Virus record (IMG/VR): IMGVR_UViG_3300032318_001198
Coordinates: 1 to 56,804 of that record
Length of the DNA stretch: 56,804 nucleotides
Origin: a virus
Lineage: Duplodnaviria > Caudoviricetes
Strand: one strand, 5' to 3'
Shown here one piece after another: positions 28,265 through 37,124 of this stretch. The position numbers and the translations under genes were made by a program. The first letter of the stretch is position 1, and each line of letters opens with the position of its first letter. Under the pieces are notes generated by a model, which worked only from the letters and a program-made list of their open reading frames with translations, had not been told where the DNA came from and searched no databases.

Positions 28265-28681
28265 CTAGTTTGGGCTTGCGTCTCCTCCACCCTTACCCTC
28301 GATTGGGCTAGCAATGGCTAGACCCGAAGAAACAATAATCTCTTCAATAATTTTACCAGCTTGTTCTAATTCTTGAACCTTAACCTTGTCCGCCCATTCA
28401 AGAACTGCTTCCCAAAATCTCTGCTTATCAAAAGACTTATACCGAACCTCGGCTAAAGGTGCGGTGTGGATATAGATAAAACTCAGAATATCGAACTCTG
28501 CGTTGTCAGTTTGTCCGCCCATTATAAGGTGATTGCCTACCTTCTTTAGAATCAAAAGACTTCCTGCCGTAAATGGTCTGAGCTTGAGTTCTCCGATCTT
28601 AAAGTCACTCTTGATAAAAGAGTCCGTGCGTTTTGTGCTAGATTGAATTGCCTCGTCGTCAGTCATTAAGTCTGTATTCAT
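28265..28681 (-). CDS. Tail assembly chaperone (gpG-like)
   Basis: Position; ends at slippery site. Confidence 0.7.
   Translation of the reverse strand: MNTDLMTDDEAIQSSTKRTDSFIKSDFKIGELKLRPFTAGSLLILKKVGNHLIMGGQTDNAEFDILSFIYIHTAPLAEVRYKSFDKQRFWEAVLEWADKVKVQELEQAGKIIEEIIVSSGLAIASPIEGKGGGDASPN
28268..28274 (-). other. -1 programmed frameshift heptamer C CCA AAC
   Basis: XXXYYYZ immediately before TAG; -1 frame is open (PKLAEPEWISVYVITLA) into downstream ORF. Confidence 0.8.
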
Positions 28682-29055
28682 AGTTTTGTCATTATCTTTC
28701 TTTTTTGTTCAGCCGTTGCGTTTTTTGGGTAGAGCAATACCTTATCTCCACTAACTACTCGAACCATAGGAGTTGCTTGTTTGATCTCATCTAGTAGACG
28801 ATCTCGATTGTGAGCATAAGCCCATAGGTATGCAAGGGGTTCCTCTGCTTCCATTGCCTCTAGCCCTCCAGCCCACTTCCTAGCGTCAGCACTAACTAAA
28901 CTACCAGCATCGTTGAATGCAAAATAGATTTGCTTATTATTGTTAGACTCAATAATGCTGGATTCTCCCTCTAGGAATTTATGCCCTAACGTGAATAAGG
29001 CACAAGCCAGCTTTAGATTATTGGTTGTAAAGATTAGGTCGCCAGCTTGTAGCAT
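28678..29055 (-). CDS. Hypothetical protein
   Basis: FTTNNLKLACAL.TLG motif. Confidence 0.6.
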   Translation of the reverse strand: MLQAGDLIFTTNNLKLACALFTLGHKFLEGESSIIESNNNKQIYFAFNDAGSLVSADARKWAGGLEAMEAEEPLAYLWAYAHNRDRLLDEIKQATPMVRVVSGDKVLLYPKNATAEQKRKIMTKL

Positions 29056-29081
29056 TTTAGGAATCTCATTTTAGGTATCTC

Positions 29082-29435
29082 TTAGGCTATGCCGTCTCGG
29101 GCAACAATTTTATATTTAAGCTTAGTAAAGTCTTCGCTTGATTTTGTCAAAGTAACTTCCTCTAGGTAATATGCTCCGAGTCCGTTAAATCCAGCAAGAT
29201 TAGTTGGGGCAAGAGAACCTCCGATTGTAACAGAGTTTGTTGAGGTCATAAATCCCTCAACATTGTATTCGGCTTTCTTGCCGAAGTATACCACCGTCGA
29301 GGTTCCTCCATTAATGTTTTTCGCTTCCGCCTTATTCGAGGTTCCAGAGGCTTGTGTGCTTGTAACTTCCATCGTCCCTTGTGCTGCGACAAGTCCGAAG
29401 CAAGTTGATGTTCCGATAATTCTAGGGGCTGCCAT
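29082..29435 (-). CDS. Putative tail tube protein, paralog B
   Basis: Beta-rich 117 aa; similar layout to 29452..29820. Confidence 0.55.
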   Translation of the reverse strand: MAAPRIIGTSTCFGLVAAQGTMEVTSTQASGTSNKAEAKNINGGTSTVVYFGKKAEYNVEGFMTSTNSVTIGGSLAPTNLAGFNGLGAYYLEEVTLTKSSEDFTKLKYKIVARDGIA

Positions 29436-29451
29436 TTAAGTAGTTCTTTCT

Positions 29452-29820
29452 TTAGCTTGTGTTCCCAAGGTTTTGCCATCCCATAGCCGTGATGGTCGTT
29501 TCAGTAAATCCATCGTTAGTCGCATTACGTGAGATATTTTCAATATAATAAGTCGAAATTCCAGTCATTGTTAAAAATGTATTGCCAGTAGTTAGTAGAG
29601 CAAGAGAGGCTCCGACAAGTCCAGTCGCAGTACCGCTAATAATTGTTCCGTTAATGGTTACTTGTGCGTTAGGATATGCTACTGCTTGAAATGTTCCATT
29701 CCCATTCATAAGCTCTACTGGTTCGCATTTATAGGTTTCTTCATAGGAGGAAACTACTTGTGAGCCAGCTTGAGCGGTTCCGAAAACGAGGGTACTTAAA
29801 CCGATGGTTGTGACTGCCAT
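29452..29820 (-). CDS. Putative tail tube protein, paralog A
   Basis: MA...IG...FG, NG, YY.E.......F shared; position before chaperones. Confidence 0.55.
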   Translation of the reverse strand: MAVTTIGLSTLVFGTAQAGSQVVSSYEETYKCEPVELMNGNGTFQAVAYPNAQVTINGTIISGTATGLVGASLALLTTGNTFLTMTGISTYYIENISRNATNDGFTETTITAMGWQNLGNTS

Positions 29821-29839
29821 ATATGAATTACTATATGTG

Positions 29840-30064
29840 TCAACCTTTGCCGTGGAAAGATTCTTTCACCCATTCCCAAATCATCGTAGTTCCGAGTCCA
29901 ACTACGGCAATCATTCCCAAAGCCCTGTGCTTCAATGCTTCAAGAGAACTAACTCGGTTGGCAAGGTCTCCAAAGCTAGCCATACTTTTTTCTACCATTG
30001 CATAAAGCTGGACTTGTCTTTCTTCCATTCTTGCAAGCCGTTCTTTTATTGTTATGTTAGTCAT
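29840..30064 (-). CDS. Coiled-coil + C-terminal TM protein (holin/XhlA-like)
   Basis: ERLARMEE, RVSSLE, TM helix. Confidence 0.55.
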   Translation of the reverse strand: MTNITIKERLARMEERQVQLYAMVEKSMASFGDLANRVSSLEALKHRALGMIAVVGLGTTMIWEWVKESFHGKG

Positions 30065-30234
30065 TTTTTCCACCAGTCTGCACTATCTGGAATATGAGCT
30101 AGGATGGCTTTCTGTGCTTTTCTTAGGCTCGTAGTGAGGAAAACTGCGGGTTCCTTGCCGATATAGCCCAAAGAGATGAATCCCTCGTCCAGAAGGTACT
30201 GCAAGGCTTGACAAGCTTGGTCGTCTTTGTTCAT
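30061..30234 (-). CDS. Small hypothetical protein (57 aa, not in ORF track)
   Basis: ATGA overlaps at both ends; MNKDDQACQALQYLLDEGFI. Confidence 0.6.
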   Translation of the reverse strand: MNKDDQACQALQYLLDEGFISLGYIGKEPAVFLTTSLRKAQKAILAHIPDSADWWKK

Positions 30235-31124
30235 CGATAGAAAAGAATTTTAATTGCACCTTTCCCGCCAGCACCTCCCACACCACCAATCCCAACTCCA
30301 TCTGCGTGTCCACTCGCTCCTCCACCCCCGCCTCCACCTCCACTTGCCCCACCCGCACCTCCCGCTCCTCCGTTAAGATTAAGTGCTCTAGTTGCCCCAC
30401 CACCACCACCACCACCACCACCTCGAATATAGGGTTGATTTACTACGTTGGCATAAGTAGTTCCCGCCCCTCCCGCTCCACCCTGCACGCTTATCTTTCC
30501 ATCTCCACCAACCGCTGTACCAGCATTTGTGGGAAAACCACCATTGCCACCATCTCCACCACTCTTAGCGGCATCCGCATCCGTGTTTACTCCACCCGCA
30601 CCTCCGCCCGAACCAGCATATCCACTTCCCCCTCGTTGGGCTTGTTGACCAGTAGAGCTATTTCCTCCACCACCAGAATTATTCCCTTGCCCTCCAAGTC
30701 CGTTGAAAGTCGTCCCACCCTCTCCCCCACAACCTCCGATTGCCCTCAAGGTAAGACTTCCTATGGCTAAATCAGTCCTTACACCCGCAACTCCATCTCC
30801 TCCATATCCACTATTCACACCTGAAACCCCTCCGCTTCCGCCAGCTACAGAAGCTCCGATTGTGTAGCTTATAAGCTGACTAGCACCAAACTCGGCACAA
30901 GGGAAAAGCATATCGAGGTATTGTCCTGCTCCACCGCCACCGCCTCCGTACTTACTAACTGTTATACTCGCCCTAGCCATTCCACCCCCACCACTACCAC
31001 CTCCACCAAACATAAATATCCGCATAAAGCGAAATGAGCTTATGTTTGCACTTGTAGTGCCAGTAGTATCAGCTATGATTTCTAAAGAAGGAACAAGTGA
31101 AATGCTTGGTATAAAAAGAGGCAT
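30231..31124 (-). CDS. Glycine-rich virion protein
   Basis: GGGG(S/A)GGG repeats typical of glycine-rich tail/fibre domains. Confidence 0.75.
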   Translation of the reverse strand: MPLFIPSISLVPSLEIIADTTGTTSANISSFRFMRIFMFGGGGSGGGGMARASITVSKYGGGGGGAGQYLDMLFPCAEFGASQLISYTIGASVAGGSGGVSGVNSGYGGDGVAGVRTDLAIGSLTLRAIGGCGGEGGTTFNGLGGQGNNSGGGGNSSTGQQAQRGGSGYAGSGGGAGGVNTDADAAKSGGDGGNGGFPTNAGTAVGGDGKISVQGGAGGAGTTYANVVNQPYIRGGGGGGGGGATRALNLNGGAGGAGGASGGGGGGGGASGHADGVGIGGVGGAGGKGAIKILFYR

Positions 31125-31133
31125 CGCCTACTC

Positions 31134-32504
31134 CTAGCTAATTTGCGTTACCCTAGCCGTTCCAGCCGTTGCAAATACAGCCGAGTGCGTGATGGTTGTC
31201 TGATGATTTGGTACTTCGTAATAATCTCCAGTAGATAGACGCACTTGGTAGGCAATAGTGGTGCAAGTTGCCCCTGCACAAATATGAAGATTGCCAGCCC
31301 CCTCGTTAAAAATTGTCAGCACTTCCCTTGTCGCATTGAAAGAGGCCAGCACGGTAGATGGGTTGGTGCTGGTAAAGTTAGAGGTGGTGACTGCCGTGCC
31401 TTGGACGGCGAAGGTGTTAGCGGTGACTGTGCCAGAGATAGGTTGGTTATAATTTGACCCATCGACACGTATCGCACCAACCGCAGAAACGTGGGCTATA
31501 TTTCCAGTCGTAGATGTTCCAGTATGACCGCCTATTTTTACGAATGTTCCGCTTGCGGTTAAACCTTCGGTTGCAACAACTGATTGCATTAACCCAAGAT
31601 TCGCCGTCACCGTCCCACTAATTGCAGGAAGCGAGCCAATGGTGACGCTATTTAATACTTGAGTTGGAAACGGCATCACCTCGCTAGTTGTTCTGAAAAC
31701 GCCTAAAGCATCACTTTCCCATCCTATTAAAACACCATTGGCAGTAGTTGTGCTTTGTCCAAATTCAAATGATACCTTGCCCAAATTCGCTGTGACTGTT
31801 CCAGAGATGGCAAGTGGAGTCCCACCGCCAAGGACATTGTTCCCAGCGTCTTTAATATGAACTCCAACAACATATTCTGCACTAGCCTCATCGTAGAACT
31901 CAATCGTGTTGTTTAGGTTGCCAGCCACGTTCGCCGTCACCGTGCCAGAGATGGGCATAACACCTTCGTTTAGTGTGAACTCCAAAAGCCCATTTCCTAT
32001 TGTTTCTGCAAAATTATTTCCAGCATTCGCAGTAACCGTGCCAGAGATGGCTGGGAGAGAAGAGATTGTGAGGCTGTTAGAAATGGATGCTGTAACGCTA
32101 CCAATCTGTGCCGTCCCTGCTCCGATAGTGACTGTCCCTGCTCCAATCGTCACAACGCCGATGCGATTTGTGCCAGCGGGGAGGGCAGAGCCGATAGTAA
32201 CCGTGCCAGAGATGGGAACATTAATTGCACTTCCAAACGCTTCTTTAATACTAACGCTTACAGCTTCGCCACCATCCGTTAGGGGAATTGGATGAAAATC
32301 GCCAATATTTACTTTATCTTCTCCAAATGCATTCGCCGTTACCGTGCCAGAGATGGCTATTCCGCTTGAGACTGCCGAGAGAATATCTGTCTTCGCTTGA
32401 GTACCTAGGGATACAACTGTATGGGCTGGGATATGAGCAGAACTAACTACTATAGTAGAGAGTGTCGTTGCTGATTGGTTTCCGTCTAAAATTACTAGTG
32501 CCAT
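31134..32504 (-). CDS. Repeat-containing fibre/virion protein
   Basis: Seven ISGTVT(AN) repeats. Confidence 0.7.
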   Translation of the reverse strand: MALVILDGNQSATTLSTIVVSSAHIPAHTVVSLGTQAKTDILSAVSSGIAISGTVTANAFGEDKVNIGDFHPIPLTDGGEAVSVSIKEAFGSAINVPISGTVTIGSALPAGTNRIGVVTIGAGTVTIGAGTAQIGSVTASISNSLTISSLPAISGTVTANAGNNFAETIGNGLLEFTLNEGVMPISGTVTANVAGNLNNTIEFYDEASAEYVVGVHIKDAGNNVLGGGTPLAISGTVTANLGKVSFEFGQSTTTANGVLIGWESDALGVFRTTSEVMPFPTQVLNSVTIGSLPAISGTVTANLGLMQSVVATEGLTASGTFVKIGGHTGTSTTGNIAHVSAVGAIRVDGSNYNQPISGTVTANTFAVQGTAVTTSNFTSTNPSTVLASFNATREVLTIFNEGAGNLHICAGATCTTIAYQVRLSTGDYYEVPNHQTTITHSAVFATAGTARVTQIS

Positions 32505-32520
32505 ATACGTATTCTCCTTG

Positions 32521-33036
32521 TCAAACTAGTGCTACGTATTGAGAGTTCAAGTAGTTGCTAAAGTCTAAAAATCTTAGACCATCTCCAATAGCCGATGGGG
32601 TAACAATAGCTGTAATAACTAGGCTTTGTTTGTGTCCTCTATTTGTCTTTATGCTTGGTGTTTGAGACGTTATACGTGCCATATAGGTCTTAAGATTGGT
32701 TGAGTTGAATTGTATTTTTTGAACTAGCGTTGTAGCTTCGTCATAGAGCAATGCTACTACATATTGATATACTTCATCGATTAGGGATGCATTAAATGTA
32801 CGCATAACCACTTCGATTGTTGCCTCCATTTCATATACACCGCTATATGGTTGGATAAGTTGCCTTTGGGTTTTAGCCGATATCGTGATATATGGAGACA
32901 CTTTTGCTCCTATCCTATTTTGTGTATAGATCGATATTGCTGGACTAGTCGTTACGTCATTATTTATGTCGGCTAGTATTCCATATATTGCTTGTTCTAG
33001 CTCATATTCGTGCGAGTTTGGAAGCGTAACACTCAT
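32521..33036 (-). CDS. Tail terminator-like protein, paralog B (start revised to MSVTLP)
   Basis: IYTQN..G, PYI.I.A.T.R.LI.PY.G..E..ATI shared with 33033..33452. Confidence 0.55.
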   Translation of the reverse strand: MSVTLPNSHEYELEQAIYGILADINNDVTTSPAISIYTQNRIGAKVSPYITISAKTQRQLIQPYSGVYEMEATIEVVMRTFNASLIDEVYQYVVALLYDEATTLVQKIQFNSTNLKTYMARITSQTPSIKTNRGHKQSLVITAIVTPSAIGDGLRFLDFSNYLNSQYVALV

Positions 33037-33452
33037 TTTGTAGTTGCCTTTATGTCGATCACAATGCTTTTTGACCAAGTCCTTGTCTTAGAAGTAATTG
33101 TTGGATTTACACTCACAACATCTGCTATATAAAATTCTAAGGTTGCAGAGTTTGTTGTCATTTCACTTGCTAGGCTTGGGTCTCTATATAATTGCTCTAG
33201 TAGTTGCTGGAATAGTGTATCAAATTGTAAATTGGTGGTTACGTCTGCCCTCGCCGTAAGAGTTATGGTCGCCTTGAGTTCAAAGATTCCAGTATACGGA
33301 GCAATTAGCTCTCTATCGGTCTCTGCCTCGATAAGTATGTACGGAGTTTCTCTTGGTGTTCCTGCAAGGTTTTGTGTGTATATATTCGGGGTAACTCCAG
33401 CTATTACGCTATTAAGCTGGTTTATTGCCTCAATCTCGATGCTGTACGCCAT
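33033..33452 (-). CDS. Tail terminator-like protein, paralog A
   Basis: Position after head-closure gene. Confidence 0.55.
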   Translation of the reverse strand: MAYSIEIEAINQLNSVIAGVTPNIYTQNLAGTPRETPYILIEAETDRELIAPYTGIFELKATITLTARADVTTNLQFDTLFQQLLEQLYRDPSLASEMTTNSATLEFYIADVVSVNPTITSKTRTWSKSIVIDIKATTK

Positions 33453-33453
33453 C

Positions 33454-33780
33454 TTAAGCCGTCTCGTTATCGGCTATGTCTATCGTGTATGATATTCCGT
33501 CCGAGGAAAGGCTCCATCTGGCTATCATTCTGGCTGTGCCGTCGATGGTTAAGGTATCTCCCACGACAGGCGAAGAACTAAAGTCCGTAGCACCCATTAT
33601 AACGCTTTGGCTTATGTTATAGACCTCTCCGCCAACCTCGAGTTCTGAGGCAAATTGAAAGTCCGTAAGGCTAGCCGATGCGGTTCCGCTTACTTGATTG
33701 CCAGTCACGGATACGTAGAGGTCGGCTATCATCCCATTAAGATCGCTTTGAAGCACCGATGTAGATAGGAGTCCAGCCAT
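33454..33780 (-). CDS. Head-tail joining (gpFII-like) protein (start revised to MAGLLS)
   Basis: PVVGDTLTIDG motif; TTGACA-15-ATG. Confidence 0.6.
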   Translation of the reverse strand: MAGLLSTSVLQSDLNGMIADLYVSVTGNQVSGTASASLTDFQFASELEVGGEVYNISQSVIMGATDFSSSPVVGDTLTIDGTARMIARWSLSSDGISYTIDIADNETA

Positions 33781-33856
33781 ACTATACGTATCACTTGTCA
33801 ATAAAGACGTGCTGGTTGGCACATAAGCCCATTTCTAGGGGCATTCTGGAGCGATT

Positions 33857-34600
33857 TTAGGGTATTGTGGCGTATAAAGTCACTAGGTTAGGGTTTATGT
33901 AGGTTCCCCCTGCTGTTCGGTTGAACTTTACGTGCTCGCAATCCCCGCCCTCATACCATAAGTCCTTGATTACGTCCCACCGATAAAAGCCAAGCCCCCC
34001 AAACGAGCTATTGTAGAATCCCTCGGACACTTCGCACGTTTCTGACTTAATTATAGGAACGCTAGTATTGGGGTAATCAACTCCATCAGCACCAGTCCAT
34101 CTTGGACGAGTTCCATTTTTATACTCTAATGCGAGAAGATCATAATAGACGTATTCTCCTTGTGGCTTTGATGGATACCAATTCTTAATATAAGAAGTTG
34201 GCATAAGTCCAACCGAGGTCTCGATAGAATGAGTCTTGCAGGGTTCGTAGGTTCGGAGTCCCTGAAACGACACCATATCCAAATCTGCCATAACGACGAT
34301 ATCTGGCTGTGCTTTTCGAGCACACTCTAGCCCTATGTTTCTTAGGTACGCCATTCTTTCGTAGCGTTCTTGCGGAAGAGTTCCATTGATATTCGCAAAC
34401 TTAAGTCCACCAACATTCATAGCCCATTGATTCAAGAAGTGACGAGTTCTATCCGTGCTTCCATTCTCAACTATGACTCCCGATACGTTGTACCGATAAA
34501 AAAGTGGCGTGATTCCGTGAAGACAAGTAGCGAGGGATGGAGCACAATCCTTGGCTAGCCCAACAAAGAATAGGTTAAGATTTTCTTTTGAAATGGACAT
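33857..34600 (-). CDS. Glycosyltransferase (GT-A)
   Basis: VENGSTDRT, RMAYLRN, DLD, YYDLLA, SSFGGLG.Y, CEHV. Confidence 0.8.
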   Translation of the reverse strand: MSISKENLNLFFVGLAKDCAPSLATCLHGITPLFYRYNVSGVIVENGSTDRTRHFLNQWAMNVGGLKFANINGTLPQERYERMAYLRNIGLECARKAQPDIVVMADLDMVSFQGLRTYEPCKTHSIETSVGLMPTSYIKNWYPSKPQGEYVYYDLLALEYKNGTRPRWTGADGVDYPNTSVPIIKSETCEVSEGFYNSSFGGLGFYRWDVIKDLWYEGGDCEHVKFNRTAGGTYINPNLVTLYATIP

Positions 34601-35177
34601 CGCACTCCTTGTTTACGTTGTCTGGACAAACATTCGTTTCGAATCCTCTTTCGTACAGAAATTCTTCAATTTCGTTCCATCCGTTATTACATCCGTCATA
34701 GAGCTTTATGTTATAGCTTGCCTCGCATTTTCCAGCTTTAACGATAGACAAAGATTCCCCGAAGGATTTAAGCACCGAAAAGTCGTTTCCTTGGGCATCA
34801 ATCCATAGATATTCAACACTTGTAGCTTTAGAAATATCGACGAGTTGCTCGCCAGTAATGCAAAGAACATTGACGGAATCAGTCATCTTGAAGTCGTCTC
34901 TTCCGTCCCAAAGCTCTCCTATTTTTGGATTGAATTGGTGAAGAGAACCGCATCCCCAATCGTGCTGACCCGCTATGTTAAATTGCCTTATACCGAACTT
35001 TTCATCTACCGCTGTACCAAGAATTGTAATTTCTGGAACATTCTTGAACCTATCCCGAAGATTATTTAAGAGGTATGGGACTGGCTCGCACGCAAATACA
35101 GGAAGCTTGTATAATTGATATAACGCAAGGGTCGAATCTCCGTTGTTCGCTCCTATTTCAAGCACCACTTTTGACAT
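34575..35177 (-). CDS. FkbM-family methyltransferase
   Basis: EIGANNG, EP.P, LWIDAQGND. Confidence 0.85.
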   Translation of the reverse strand: MSKVVLEIGANNGDSTLALYQLYKLPVFACEPVPYLLNNLRDRFKNVPEITILGTAVDEKFGIRQFNIAGQHDWGCGSLHQFNPKIGELWDGRDDFKMTDSVNVLCITGEQLVDISKATSVEYLWIDAQGNDFSVLKSFGESLSIVKAGKCEASYNIKLYDGCNNGWNEIEEFLYERGFETNVCPDNVNKECDVHFKRKS

Positions 35178-35883
35178 ATTCTACGTATTCCTTTAGGTCT
35201 TCTGGAGTGCCGAGTCCGTGCATAAAGTCTACATAGAATGGTATAATCTTTCCTCCTGCTTTGACCATCTGATTATAGACTGGAGCGATATAAAACTCTT
35301 TGTTAGTTCGAATGTTTTTACCGATCATCTCTTCTGCGTATTTTACAAAGTCGCACCCCCGCCGATACCAATACACACCGCACGTAGCAATGTCAGAGAT
35401 GGGTTTTTTTTCGGCTACTTGAGAAACATACCCTTCCGTATCTAGTTTTAGGAATGACCACTTTGGGTCGGTTGCTGTAAAACCAAGGATGATTCCATCC
35501 ACCGAAGTCAGCTTTCGGACATAGTCAAAATTCTTCTTTTGATAATCGATAACTTGATCTGCATTTGCAATTAGTAGCTCGTCTTTGTCGTTAATAAGCT
35601 CCTTAGCTAGTAATGCCGTGCAACAAGCTCCCTCAGTAAGTGATTCAACCATCAGTACCTTTCCGTTGCCACCAATCTTAGTCATCAGAGATGCAAGGTC
35701 TTTTTCATTGCCCGCAAAATGATCTGATCTGGTTAGGAATATAAATTCGTGTTCTATGCCTAGATTCTCGACGACTCTCTCGATCATAGTCTTACCAACC
35801 ACATCGATGAATGGCTTGGGTTTGGTATATCCAGCCGTCTTGAATCTTGAGCCGTTACCCGCCATAGGAATTAGTATCTTCAT
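35158..35883 (-). CDS. Sugar-phosphate nucleotidyltransferase
   Basis: IPMAGNGSRF..AGY..PKP, EKKPIS, EFYIAPVYN, LGTPEDL. Confidence 0.9.
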   Translation of the reverse strand: MKILIPMAGNGSRFKTAGYTKPKPFIDVVGKTMIERVVENLGIEHEFIFLTRSDHFAGNEKDLASLMTKIGGNGKVLMVESLTEGACCTALLAKELINDKDELLIANADQVIDYQKKNFDYVRKLTSVDGIILGFTATDPKWSFLKLDTEGYVSQVAEKKPISDIATCGVYWYRRGCDFVKYAEEMIGKNIRTNKEFYIAPVYNQMVKAGGKIIPFYVDFMHGLGTPEDLKEYVEYVKSGA

Positions 35884-36492
35884 TTAGAATATCTCTTGAA
35901 TAAAGGAGAGGGTGATGTCCTTATGATTTGCAATCTTTCGAACATCGTAGCCTCCTAGTTTTGCACTATCTACGCACGCTTGTAGGTCTTCAAAAATCAC
36001 GCAGTCCTCCTTGCTTGCCTTGAACTTTTCCAAGCAAAAGTCATAGCCATCTAAGGACGGCTTATTACTTTGCACGTCCTCGTTGGTAACTAGCAAGTCG
36101 ATGTAAGAAGCTAGTCCACTTTTCTTTAGCATCTTAATTGCCGTATCACGGATTGAGTTTGTGACGCAAGCGATATGTACGCCTCTGGATGATAGGTAGG
36201 CGAGCACCTCATTCTTCTCGTAGTCGTAGAGGCAGTTGGTTTCAATTATCCTTAGCGTTTCCTCTTGTTTTATGATTGAGATAAGCTCGATATCCTCCTC
36301 GAGAATACACTTTTTCTCTACCAACATCTTGAGTTTTGTTTTTGTCGGAAGTCCATTGTAGGTTAAGAAGTGTTCCTCGTCGGGAATAAAGTAATTGCTT
36401 ACCCTTTTTAGGGCTAGGTTAAGAGCAATCCTATGCCATTCGCACGCATCTACGAGGACTCCGTCGAGGTCAAATATAGCTAGGGTCTTCAT
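35884..36492 (-). CDS. HAD-family phosphatase (start revised to MKTLAI)
   Basis: FDLDGVL, TNS, KP, FED. Confidence 0.88.
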   Translation of the reverse strand: MKTLAIFDLDGVLVDACEWHRIALNLALKRVSNYFIPDEEHFLTYNGLPTKTKLKMLVEKKCILEEDIELISIIKQEETLRIIETNCLYDYEKNEVLAYLSSRGVHIACVTNSIRDTAIKMLKKSGLASYIDLLVTNEDVQSNKPSLDGYDFCLEKFKASKEDCVIFEDLQACVDSAKLGGYDVRKIANHKDITLSFIQEIF

Positions 36493-37124
36493 TGACTGCG
36501 TCTCGAATCTAGCATCAGATATTCGTCCGCTACAAGCTTTACTCCGTTCTCGGTAAGCCGAAGTGAGTATTCCAAATCCTCTTCCTGTCCGTGCGAGAGA
36601 GTCTCGTTCCACTTGTACTTCTTGAAGAGTTCGGTTTGTGCAAAAATCCCTGCTCCCGATATGTACGTCCAGTTATCTTGAGGTGATTGAAAGTCTTTAT
36701 GTCGAAAAACGTTTCGAATATCACACCAAGTAAATGATCGAGCGTGCTGTTCTTTTATTTGCCCCATTTCGTCGAGATAAGCAGTACGCACAGAAGCGTA
36801 AGGAGCAACTGCTGTATTATTATCATATTCTCTTGAAACTGCGAGGTCATAGAAGTCTGGTTTTGGTGTTACGTCAGAATGAAGCATAAGACAATACTTC
36901 TCCTGAGCATTCTCTGCTCCTATGTTTTTCTTATGGCATATGAGTCCTCCCTCGTCTTTCCCATTATCCCAATACTCGTAGTACCTAAAGTTATGCTTCT
37001 TTGGGTCTAGCTTGGTGTGCCCAACTACCGAAACGTTATATCTTTTATCTAGTCCCGCTAGATTCTCCTCGAGCCACCGATCTTCCTCATCGCTAATCCG
37101 AGTTATCCAAACTAAATCAATCAC
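36489..37124 (-). CDS. Glycosyltransferase (GT2-like)
   Basis: KKNIG, HSD, WNE.L...EED.EYS.RL. Confidence 0.7.
   Translation of the reverse strand: MIDLVWITRISDEEDRWLEENLAGLDKRYNVSVVGHTKLDPKKHNFRYYEYWDNGKDEGGLICHKKNIGAENAQEKYCLMLHSDVTPKPDFYDLAVSREYDNNTAVAPYASVRTAYLDEMGQIKEQHARSFTWCDIRNVFRHKDFQSPQDNWTYISGAGIFAQTELFKKYKWNETLSHGQEEDLEYSLRLTENGVKLVADEYLMLDSRRSQ

Noticed and set aside
30306-30770. Thr/Ser-rich plus-strand ORF and (ACC)n run
   Set aside because: Antisense shadow of poly-Gly codons in 30231..31124
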